From contig JAQGDQ010000161.1 in the NCBI GenBank assembly GCA_030141605.1, positions 1-64,000 on the forward strand: DNA of 64,000 bases, given 5' to 3'. The stretch is from Tubiluchus corallicola (taxonomy: Eukaryota; Animalia; Priapulida). Shown in pieces: positions 53,980-64,000 of the stretch. Each line of letters starts with the position of its first letter. The first letter of the stretch is position 1. The translations under genes and the position numbers were made by a program. The notes beneath the pieces were generated by a model. It was not told where the DNA came from and did no database searches. It saw only the letters and a program-made list of their open reading frames with translations.

Positions 53980-55166
53980 TATCCTATAATTACAGGTGTA
54001 ATGTGACCTCCAGTGAGTTTATCATTTTACTTTCCTTATCTCTAGGTTAAAATCTTGTTATAAATAATAGGAATTTGTTGTATGCTAGAAAAAGTTCTCA
54101 CCACGAAAACGAACATTTGAAAAAGTCTTCAAAAAGAATGTGTACAACTTCAACCAGCACGCAGCTAAGTCCAGCATGTTAGTTACAGAAAAATAGCAAA
54201 ATATAACAGGATTTTGAGTGGGAATATAAAGGACATCAATTATTACTATAGTTATTGCAAAATCGAAAGGTGCATCAAGAAACTTCCGATCTTTTACATC
54301 CTTTTTGCAGACTTTCTCATATAGTCATTTGGTTGTTTTGACAGTGTGAATTTCCTTGTTGTACAAATCTCGCTTGACTCGCTACTGTTAACATAAAGTT
54401 GTACAAATTGCACACGTTACATCATCGTTCTTAGAAACTTTAGCATAAACTTATACAATTTTCTCTTTTCAATTAATTACAGTTATAGGCCTATATGTTG
54501 CCTAACGAATTTGAATTGAAAAGAAACTATGAAATGCATACCGTTTTCAAATTAGCTTAGATTTTTTGGCAGTTCCTGTATTTTAAATGTACTTGATCGT
54601 TGTGCAATATTTTTTTCTAATTTTAATTTTCATTCCAGATCTAGTCTCTGGACTAATTGTGTTACCAGAATATTACACTGTACAAACTTGCCGTGAAAAT
54701 CTAACATGGATGAAATAGCAGCTGCTACAGACAGTATGTTCATTACTGTTATTATTATTAGTGTTATTATTTCTATGTGCCTGTCACATAAAAGGACTTT
54801 AAATGAATTAGCAGTTTTTTTGAGTTTTACAAAAGCAAGCGTACAATTTGCTATGAAATTTCGAAATTTTCGTTAAAATATGTGACTAGGCTTCAATTCT
54901 TAAGAACAGGTTTCAAGTTGTTTAATTAGTTGTAGCGATTGCAGTGCTTATGCATAAATCTATTCATTTTACTCATTTTAGCTTTTACATTTGAGAATAA
55001 GCACGGTGGCATTTGGCCTTTGAGTCATAGTAAAACATTATCTCGCCATGTAATTATAATTAGAATTTAGAATTTTGCTACCACTTATTAACTATTAATT
55101 CGTTTATCTCGCCTCTCTCTCTCTCTCTCCCTCTTTCTCTCTTCCTTTCTCTCTCTCTCACTAACT

Positions 55167-56475
55167 TTGAATAAATCTGGTATACAGGCCGAACATTTTG
55201 AGTATTCTTCCTCAATGTTACCGGTTCTTTTATCCTTGTTATTCAGCTCCTGTTTGATTCACGGCTTTCTTCCTGAATCGCTGATGATGTCTATATTAAT
55301 TCCTCTAGTAAAAGATAAAAGGCCAATTGCACTAGCTTCTATTGCCAGCAAAATATTCGAAATTTTATTACTTAACAGATGCAAACAGTATATTCCAACA
55401 AGTCCTAATCAGTTTGGTTATGCAGAAAAACTTGGCACCGAAATTTGCATAAACACATTAAAGGAGATCATTGACTACTACATTAGTCGTGATAGCTCTG
55501 TTCACATTGTTTTTATCGACGCGTCAAACGCATTTGATAGGGTTAATTTATTCAAGCTTTTTCCCAAACTCACAAGGACTTCCATCCCGAGTATTGTAAT
55601 CCGCTTGCTCACATTTTATTACACCCAACAAAGCATGTCTGTCAGGTGGGGGCATAGCCAGTCTACAACTTTTAATATTGGAAATGGAGTACGCCAAGGT
55701 GGCAAGATGTCACCTTTTCTTTTTAATTTTTATTTTAAAGATCTAGGTGTTAAGCTTTCATCCACCCAACTTGATTGCAATGTCTCGAACATGGTTATGA
55801 TATGAACCACCTGATGTATGCTGACGGTGTTTGTTTGTTAGCAACAACGATTACGGCCCTACAGCAACTACTAGATGTGTATAAATTGTATGCTGAACTG
55901 TATGACATAAAAACCAATGTGGCTAAAACTAAACTTATGTCTGTTAATTCAAACATCATGAGAAATTTTACGTTTGGTAACATCAAACTAAATAATAATG
56001 TTTTAATGCCTGTGATAATGGAAAATATTTGGGACATATTATTTCAAATGATAACCGAGATGACCTTGAAATTGTTAATCAAAGATCCTTATACTACTGT
56101 CGTACAAACCAACTTATTAGAAAATTCAGCTATTGTTCTGTTGATGTTAAAAGATATCTATTTAATGCTTACCGTAATACATTCCATTGCATGTCTACCT
56201 GGAGACATTTTAGTGATGTATTCTGATGTATTAAGTTTAATGAAAAGATTTGATTCTAGTGATCATATAATGTGCCAGAAAATTTTGGTAAGCAATGCTA
56301 AATTTACATCGCACATAAGACAGCAATGGTGGAGAGTATTATTGTAATTTTCATGCTTACCTAAGTTTGTGTGATTTGTTTGTATCAGTTTTTTGTTTTT
56401 ATTATGTTGTATGTTGTATATATGTAAATTATAATATGAACTTATGCTTGAAATAAAGAATTAAATCAAATCAAA

Positions 56476-56476
<1 letters not shown>
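55167..56476 (+). mobile_element. 5'-truncated, frameshifted LINE RT remnant
   Basis: RPIALAS..SKIFE, NQFGY, FIDASNAFDRV, GVRQGGKMSPFLFN, then frameshifted HLMYADG; ends with aataaa plus (aaatc)n tail. Confidence 0.85.
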
Positions 56477-56886
<410 letters not shown>

Positions 56887-56925
56887 ATCATAAATCGTTA
56901 CAATGCATCCAAAGAATCTGATATA

Positions 56926-58109
56926 TGTGACAAACCATCTATTATTTACGATATTTTTGTTTACTTGTTTGTCACCTTTTCATTTCACAGTCAAGTTCTT
57001 TATAGTGATAGCGGTAGCACTTGCTAGTGTAATTTGCTTACATTAAATTAGTCACTATAGTAGTACTGTATTGTTAGCGTAATTAGTGTAGTAGTGTAGG
57101 AGTCCTACTAACACCCCCTCGTCATGTGGTTGTGTTCTGCAATACCTGCAATACTCGCGGCTTATTTCAAATGTGTGAAACCCGTACAGGTATGAAGTGT
57201 ACATGATACATACGTTACAGATATAATCTGAGACGTGCAACCTGGCAGTCAGTCGGCCGTTGTTGAAAGGCCTAGGTCACGTAAAATGACCATCGTCTGA
57301 TTTTCACATGTCTGTGAAAAGACAGTCAAAAATGTCGATTAGCATCGTCGATGTTATAGTGCAGTAGACGTCACTATTTCTTTTGTCAACAGCCATTGCT
57401 TACAGTGCTAACGGGTCTTTGTCGAGTACGTTGTCTCGGTTTGATGAGGTGGTTACCGTTACCGTCATTGTCTGAGGATTCGTTCAAACCTGAAGTCACG
57501 CTAAAGTTCATGGTGGACAGTCCATTGTTGGTAGAGCAAACCATAGTTGGTAAATCCATGGATGTTACCCCACAGGTTAGCAGCTGCAGTTTCACACAAT
57601 GTTCATGGAGTGTCTGGTAAGACAAGACTTTTGTACTTTTGCTCAGTGTTTGCTAGCTAGCATAATTCCGTTTCTATATGGTCATCGTTGGATTGCCGTC
57701 ATCGAGAGTGCGTCATCATTTGCACGTGCTACCCCCACTAACACCTCCCTTCTCTATTATTAGACTAGAGAATATATTTGCTGTACTGTGATTAATTGTT
57801 ATTGTTAGCTATTTCTTTTCTCCGGGTTAAAGTAGTAATCAATTAAATTTTGTTATATACAGCTTAATAGTTGGTTTGGTATTCTATCTACCATCGAATA
57901 TTACTAGCTCATTAAGACTCCTAGGCTCGGGTTCCGCGTGCCCCCGTATGAAACAACAAAGCCTTAGCCCGACTCCAGGATTCTAGTAGTAAATTATCTA
58001 ACACTATAGAACCCCAGAACCACGTGTTACACCTCGTTTATAGGGCGGTCGTGCCTGCTTTTCAAGACATTGAGACTCAGAGTACGTAACCTATAGACAT
58101 GGCGTCACA
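56926..58109 (+). repeat. 5' LTR (1184 bp) of Gypsy element
   Basis: TG...CA ends with 6-bp inverted termini; start duplicated at 63816. Confidence 0.9.
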
Positions 58110-58111
58110 AG

Positions 58112-58121
58112 TGGTGGCAGC
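58112..58121 (+). promoter_or_regulatory. primer-binding site, probably tRNA-Leu
   Basis: TGGTGGCAGC lies 2 nt after the LTR and is complementary to the ...GCUGCCA-CCA 3' end of eukaryotic tRNA-Leu (AAG/TAG types). Confidence 0.7.
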
Positions 58122-58582
58122 TTATGGTCTTATATAACTGCTTTTTACTCTGTGCCTTGTATAAGCCTTTAAATTAGGGAGAGGCATTTTGAACAAGTAG
58201 TTTTCTTGAACCTATTGCGGAAATTATATTCCGATGCAAACATGAACTTGGTATTTTTCACGTTGGCATTAATTTTATTCACTGGCTGGCATTAATAATT
58301 TGACCCAGAAAAGATTAGTAAATCAGCCTGTAGTATAGTGATTATAATGTTGTACAGAAATTGTTGATATTCACTTTGCATGGTTGTAACATTTACCTGG
58401 TGGCGTGTGTTCACTTCTTGACTTATTGAAGTTTTGATTTGCTCTTTATAAGCATTAATGCCCATTTTTACTGGTCTAGTTGTTAACTGAACAGTGCTGT
58501 TAGTTTTTGCACATAACTTTGACAACTTTGAAGTCATTTCTTTGAATATTTGGTCCTTTGATCACGCAATATTTACGTCAGC

Positions 58583-61500
58583 ATGGCTAGTAAACTTTTT
58601 ACAGCTGAAGAGTTGCGTAAAATGATCAAAGGTGAATTATTTGACATAGCAGGTGACATGGGTTTGGTTATAGACCCAAAAGCCAGAAAAGAAAACATTG
58701 TGCAATTAATTCTTGAAACACAACAGATTTCAATTTCAGATCCACTTGATTTTGCTCTGTCAAATATGCAATCATTATTAAATTCAGCAAAGCCAGCAAA
58801 TGCAGCGACAGGTGTTGCAGGTCAAATAGAATTTGATAGGGCTGATGTTGCAAGTTCTACTCCTAAAGCGGCCCCAAATAAAGAATTTAAGGCTTTTAGC
58901 TCACCTACTGTATCAACTGCACCCCCTACTTTGCCTGAATTGGATCCATTTGCAGTTCAAGAACCTGGTCAAATGCCTATGTATGCGCATGCGCAGCCTG
59001 ATATTAAATTATCAGAACAGGAACTAAAAATTAAACACCAACAGCTGATTTTAGAAACACAAAAAATTGAGCTGGAAAAACTGAAGTTACAAATGCAGAC
59101 GACGTCTAATGTAGTAAACAATTTGCAAACAACAGTAAATGCTACACAAGACAAAAGCACAATAATCAAATTCAGAAATTTTGATGAAAAAACAGAAGAT
59201 ATTTTGTCGTTTTTAGATCAATTCGAAATCTGTATGCGAGTCAACAAAGTCCCAATTTCGCAGTATGTTCCTAACTTGGCTAGAGTTCTGTCGGGTCGTG
59301 CTGCCTTAGCTTTGCAAGATGTTAATCAGTCTCAAATATTCAATTATGATGTTGTTAAGGTGCAAATTTTGAATGCATACAAATTGTCGAAGGATGCATA
59401 TCGCACGGCATTCAGAAACATATGTAAACTGAAAAAGGAAACGCACAGAAGTTACTTTAACAGAGTGCGTAAAGCGGGCATGCAATGGCTTAAAGCAGCG
59501 AATGCAGAATCCAAAGAGCAAATTGGAGATCTCTTCTTTCTTGAACAAGCATTGTCTAAGCTCCCAGAAGACATGGTTTCTTATCTTCGTAGGCTACCTC
59601 ACATGTCATACTTACAAATAGCGGAGCAAGCAGACAACTATTGGAGCTCATTTAATGATGCAGCAGTTTTGCAGAAAAATGAATCATCTAAAAGGACACG
59701 TGGCAATGCTAAAAACAATGATTCGGATCATGAATCACAGGGCAATGCTCGCCCTAAATGTTACCATTGTGGGAAAACAGGGCATGTGAAGCTCGACTGC
59801 CCAGTGAAAAAGCAAGAGTCCACACAAGCTTTTCAAAATGACTCAAACAAGAAGCAAAAACCTAGAGGTGATTTTAAGAAACAATGCTATAGTGAAAACG
59901 AAAGTGAGGGAACCATTACTCCAAATTTCACACTTTCAAATACTCAAGATGGAGCATTACAAGAAAATCACGAGTTTGAGGTTATGATCAACAGTCGAAT
60001 AGCAGTAGGCTTACGGGATACTGGCTCAGACGATAGCCTTATACGTCCTGAATTTGTAAAAAATGAACAGTATCTTGGAGAAACTGTTGGAATCCGCTGT
60101 TGTCATGGCGACCTTCGTCGAATTCCTCTAGCTAGGGTCCCTGTTTGTAGTCACAAACTGAATGGTTGGCTCCTGGTAGCAGTTATTAAAGGACTCCCTT
60201 GCGACTTTTGTTTAGGTAATAATTACCTGACATCCATACAACCATTTGATTATGTAAAGAGTACTTCTCAACCTGCACAAGTTGCTCCTGAGAAACATCA
60301 TATGAATGTTAGTAGTATGGATGAGACTTCTCATGTACCTTCTTTTGTTAAATTTGGCAAAGATGTACAGAAACCAAGTAGTAATGCCTTGACTGATTAT
60401 AAAGGTCGAGCACTAAATAACAGTTTTCAAAGAAATCAAAAAGAAAAGTCATTGGTTATGACACGAGCGCAAACAGTTGAGCTTAAAAAGCAACTAAACA
60501 AAGAAACCAGTAGTGTAAAGTCAGAAATTGAATTTTCTTCCGAAATTAAGCAGTATGCATCAGCAGAGGAAAACTACATGTTTGCCATAGTGTCTCGACA
60601 CCAGCTGATAGAAGAACAGCAAAATGATGTAACCATAAAAAATCTTTTTGATCATGTGGTGAGTGGAGACACTGCGGTGCAAGATGGCAAAGGATATTTT
60701 CTAAAGCAAGGCATACTTTATCGGGCTAATAAACGAAAAATGGGGAAAACAGTTGATCAGTTGCTTGTTGTTCCTCAGTGTAGAAGGCAGCAAGTCCTAC
60801 AACTAGCCCATGATTCAAAGGCTGGAGCGCATCTAGGTGTCAAGAAAACAAGGGATAGGATATTGTTCGAATATACTTGGCCAGGAATACACACTGCCAT
60901 TAAAAAGTATATACAATCCTGCCCAATATGTCAAAAGACAGCAAGAGTCATGAAAGGAGACAGAGCCAAGCTAAAACCTCTTCCAGTAGTGGAAAAAGCT
61001 TTTCAGTCCCTCCAAATTGACCTTATTGGTCCACTGGCTAGAACCAAGAGTGGCAATAAGTGGGCACTGGTAATTGTGGATCAAGGTACCAGATACCCTG
61101 ATGCTTTCCCTATCAAAAATACTGAGTCAGAGACTATAGCCAAGTGCTTACTCCAATTTATTAGTAGACATGGATGCCCAGAGTCAATCCAGTCAGACCA
61201 AGGCACCCAATTTTGTTCTAATCTCATAAGGCAACTAGAACAAGCTTTCCACATCAAAGGGATTACATCTACTCCATATAATCCTCAATCTCAAGGCTTA
61301 TGTGAGCGATTCAATGGAAGTCTAAAAAGATCCATTAAAAAGCTTACCCTGAGTGACAAAACCATGGAATGGGATGATCTGATCCCATTTGTTTTGTTTG
61401 CTTACCGTGAGGTACCACAAGAATCCCTGCAGTACAGCCCATTTGAGTTGGTTTATGGACACCAAGTAACTGGTCCAATGGCTCTTCTTCGGAAACGTTG

Positions 61501-63403
61501 GGGTTGTGACCAACCTACTAGTCCCCAAGACATTGATGATTATGTTGCCAATATCATTGATAAATTAGAAACGGTAACTCAAGAGGCACACGAAGCTTTG
61601 AGAAAAGCTAAAATCGGACAAAAAGACTGGTATGACCAGAAAGCTAGGTACCGAAATCTTGAAGTAGGACAGAAGGTATTAGTCTTATTGCCTACATCTC
61701 GTAAAAAGATGGAACGAACCTGGAAAGGCCCGTATGAGATTGCTGATAAAATCTCAGAACATGTGTACTCCGTTATCATTGGAGGTAAAAGCAGACAGGT
61801 CAAGCAATTCCATATTAATTTGCTCAAAGCTTGGATACCGCGTGAAGAAAGAAAAGCCCTTTATACGCAAACAATTCCCACACTTGACGTATTTACTGGT
61901 CAAGATGAATTGGAATTAGATCCTGAGCATGAAAGTGTGTCACCAATGCAACGGTCACAAATGGAAGACCACTGTTTTGCTCCTACCTCTATTACACCTG
62001 CACAAGATGTAGTAATCCCTGATTACTTAACAGATAAGCAGAAGAATGAATTACGAACTACTCTGGAGAAGTTTACACCAACCTTTTCTGACATTCCTGG
62101 TAGGACAAACGTCGTAGAACATAAAATACAGTTAACTACTGACAATCCTGTTGTGCAGAAGCCATACAGAATTCCTCAGGCGCAAAAGGAAAGTGTGAGG
62201 CAAGAAATCATGGACATGGAAAGGCTGGGTGTAATAGTCAAGTCAGATAGTCCTTTTTCAAGTCCTGCAGTCATTGTGATCAAACGTGATCAATCGATTC
62301 GATTTTGTATTGATTTTAGGAAAATTAATTCAATTACAGTTTTTGATCCTTATCCTATCCCCAGGATGGATGAAACAGTTGATCAATTGCATGGAGCAAT
62401 GTTCATTACTTGCTTGGACATGACAAAATATTACTGGCAGGTTAATCTTGAGGAAAATTCGAGGCCAATCACGGCATTTGTAACAGAGTTTGGTAAACAT
62501 GAGTTTCAAGTTATGCCCTTTGGGTTGTGTAATTCTGCAGCAACAGCTCAATGTCTGGTAGATCGTGTTTTAGAACCAGTAATTGGTTTTGCTTCTGGTT
62601 ACATAGACGATGTTATCATTTTCAGTCGTTCTTGGCAAGATCATCTCTATCATATCGAGCTAGTTCTTACTTGTCTGTCTAATGCAGGTTTGACAATCAA
62701 ACCACTCAAGTGTAATTTCGCACTCCAAGAAACTCATTTCTTAGGCTATGTTGTTGGCGGAAATCTTTTGAAACCTCAGCCAGAGAAAATCCTCGCTATT
62801 CAGAACTATAAAAGAACAGAAACTAAAAAACAGGTCAGGTCATTTTTGGGTTTCGTAGGTTTCTATAGGCGTTTTATTCCTAATTTCTCTGCAATAGCAA
62901 CACCATTACATACTTTGACAGAAAAAGACAAACCAAACATTGTACTATGGAATGCAGAGTGTGAACAGAGCTTTACCACACTCAAAGATGCATTAAACTC
63001 AAATACAGTGTTACATGCACCAGATTTTGATAAGACTTTTTTCTTGACAACTGATGCTAGTGCAACAGGAATAGGCGGCCAACTTACACAAATGTCTGAT
63101 GATAGACAAGAGGTTCCAATCACTTATTTGAGTATGAAGCTAACCAAATATGAATGTAACTACTCAACAGTAGAAAAAGAACTTTTGGCTATAATTTTCT
63201 CTATTGAGAAATCGTCGTACTATCTTGTAGGTAGGCAGTTTGTGATTCGCACAGATGCACAATCATTAGCTTACTTAAAGCAGATGAAAAACGCCAATAG
63301 GCGAATAGCCAGATGGAATTTACTGCTACAAGAATACACTTTCACTGTAGTGCATATCAAAGGAAAAACAAATTATTGTGCAGACGCACTGAGTAGGCAC
63401 TAA
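58583..63403 (+). CDS. Gag-Pol polyprotein: capsid/SCAN-like, CCHC knuckle, aspartic protease, integrase, RT, RNase H
   Basis: CYHCGKTGHVKLDC (about 59759); LRDTGS (about 60017); integrase H..H..CPIC, IDLIGPL/SDQGTQF/GLCERFN and GPY (about 60800-61740); RT YIDD (62600); RNase H TDAS/EKELLA/ADALSR. Confidence 0.96.
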   Translation: MASKLFTAEELRKMIKGELFDIAGDMGLVIDPKARKENIVQLILETQQISISDPLDFALSNMQSLLNSAKPANAATGVAGQIEFDRADVASSTPKAAPNKEFKAFSSPTVSTAPPTLPELDPFAVQEPGQMPMYAHAQPDIKLSEQELKIKHQQLILETQKIELEKLKLQMQTTSNVVNNLQTTVNATQDKSTIIKFRNFDEKTEDILSFLDQFEICMRVNKVPISQYVPNLARVLSGRAALALQDVNQSQIFNYDVVKVQILNAYKLSKDAYRTAFRNICKLKKETHRSYFNRVRKAGMQWLKAANAESKEQIGDLFFLEQALSKLPEDMVSYLRRLPHMSYLQIAEQADNYWSSFNDAAVLQKNESSKRTRGNAKNNDSDHESQGNARPKCYHCGKTGHVKLDCPVKKQESTQAFQNDSNKKQKPRGDFKKQCYSENESEGTITPNFTLSNTQDGALQENHEFEVMINSRIAVGLRDTGSDDSLIRPEFVKNEQYLGETVGIRCCHGDLRRIPLARVPVCSHKLNGWLLVAVIKGLPCDFCLGNNYLTSIQPFDYVKSTSQPAQVAPEKHHMNVSSMDETSHVPSFVKFGKDVQKPSSNALTDYKGRALNNSFQRNQKEKSLVMTRAQTVELKKQLNKETSSVKSEIEFSSEIKQYASAEENYMFAIVSRHQLIEEQQNDVTIKNLFDHVVSGDTAVQDGKGYFLKQGILYRANKRKMGKTVDQLLVVPQCRRQQVLQLAHDSKAGAHLGVKKTRDRILFEYTWPGIHTAIKKYIQSCPICQKTARVMKGDRAKLKPLPVVEKAFQSLQIDLIGPLARTKSGNKWALVIVDQGTRYPDAFPIKNTESETIAKCLLQFISRHGCPESIQSDQGTQFCSNLIRQLEQAFHIKGITSTPYNPQSQGLCERFNGSLKRSIKKLTLSDKTMEWDDLIPFVLFAYREVPQESLQYSPFELVYGHQVTGPMALLRKRWGCDQPTSPQDIDDYVANIIDKLETVTQEAHEALRKAKIGQKDWYDQKARYRNLEVGQKVLVLLPTSRKKMERTWKGPYEIADKISEHVYSVIIGGKSRQVKQFHINLLKAWIPREERKALYTQTIPTLDVFTGQDELELDPEHESVSPMQRSQMEDHCFAPTSITPAQDVVIPDYLTDKQKNELRTTLEKFTPTFSDIPGRTNVVEHKIQLTTDNPVVQKPYRIPQAQKESVRQEIMDMERLGVIVKSDSPFSSPAVIVIKRDQSIRFCIDFRKINSITVFDPYPIPRMDETVDQLHGAMFITCLDMTKYYWQVNLEENSRPITAFVTEFGKHEFQVMPFGLCNSAATAQCLVDRVLEPVIGFASGYIDDVIIFSRSWQDHLYHIELVLTCLSNAGLTIKPLKCNFALQETHFLGYVVGGNLLKPQPEKILAIQNYKRTETKKQVRSFLGFVGFYRRFIPNFSAIATPLHTLTEKDKPNIVLWNAECEQSFTTLKDALNSNTVLHAPDFDKTFFLTTDASATGIGGQLTQMSDDRQEVPITYLSMKLTKYECNYSTVEKELLAIIFSIEKSSYYLVGRQFVIRTDAQSLAYLKQMKNANRRIARWNLLLQEYTFTVVHIKGKTNYCADALSRH

Positions 63404-63815
63404 GTTCAAGTTGCCTTAGATGAAAATAAGATAGGAATGTGATTTCTTCCTAAATGACCTTGTTGTTTAAAGCATTTTATTTTATGCAATCATGTGTGAC
63501 AACATCTCTGAATGTGAATGATAGTATTCTTCAAATGTTGTATTCTTTTCATTATTTTAAATCAAATATCCAGTGTGCTTTAGTTTGTGTAAAATGTTCT
63601 TTTACAAGTGTGTTGAAGATCCATTTAAGTTTTGATATGCCATTTTTGTGTGACTGTATTATTTAGTAAAACTTTGTATTCAGTTAGTAACAGTCGTTAC
63701 TTGCTAATTTTCACCACTGTAATGGTTGGTAGTTAAAATTAACTGTTCAATAATTTTAAAAGTGGGATTCTGTTCTTTAAACATTCGTCCACACTTTTTC
63801 CGTTGTGGGGGGATC

Positions 63816-64000
63816 TGTGACAAACCATCTATTATTTACGATATTTTTGTTTACTTGTTTGTCACCTTTTCATTTCACAGTCAAGTTCTTTATAGTGATA
63901 GCGGTAGCACTTGCTAGTGTAATTTGCTTACATTAAATTAGTCACTATAGTAGTACTGTATTGTTAGCGTAATTAGTGTAGTAGTGTAGGAGTCCTACTA
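63816..64000 (+). repeat. 3' LTR (partial) of Gypsy element
   Basis: Matches 56926-57110; preceded by gtggggggatc purine tract. Confidence 0.93.

Larger units (their letters stand above)
56926..64000 (+). mobile_element. Ty3/Gypsy LTR retrotransposon, Gmr1-like clade, apparently intact (3' LTR runs off window)
   Basis: 5' LTR 56926-58109 (TGTGAC...GTCACA), PBS, single gag-pol ORF, G-rich PPT at about 63804-63815. The 3' LTR from 63816 is identical by eye to the 5' LTR over the 185 visible bp. Confidence 0.95.

Overview
AT-rich animal (invertebrate-like) genomic DNA with spliceosomal introns and many microsatellites. The left half (4663-32724, minus strand) holds a complete ADAMTS2/3/14-type (procollagen N-proteinase clade) metalloprotease gene. 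I assembled it by hand: 23 coding exons, all GT-AG, phase-consistent, 1056 aa. An intronless galactose-3-O-sulfotransferase (GAL3ST-family) ORF is nested antisense in its intron 5 (25476-26642, +). The right half is a transposon-rich region. It contains a young non-autonomous LTR element (37936-40213) with near-identical LTRs, a tandem hairpin array and a possible spliced 100-aa orphan ORF. It also contains a 145-bp spacerless palindrome, a TSD-flanked mini-RTE, LINE/hAT/Tc1/Kolobok-type remnants and an intact Gmr1-type Gypsy retrotransposon (56926 to beyond 64000; gag-PR-INT-RT-RH order). Two decayed Penelope-type hammerhead ribozyme motifs occur at about 23.9 kb and 54.0 kb. All calls come from reading the sequence; no searches were run.
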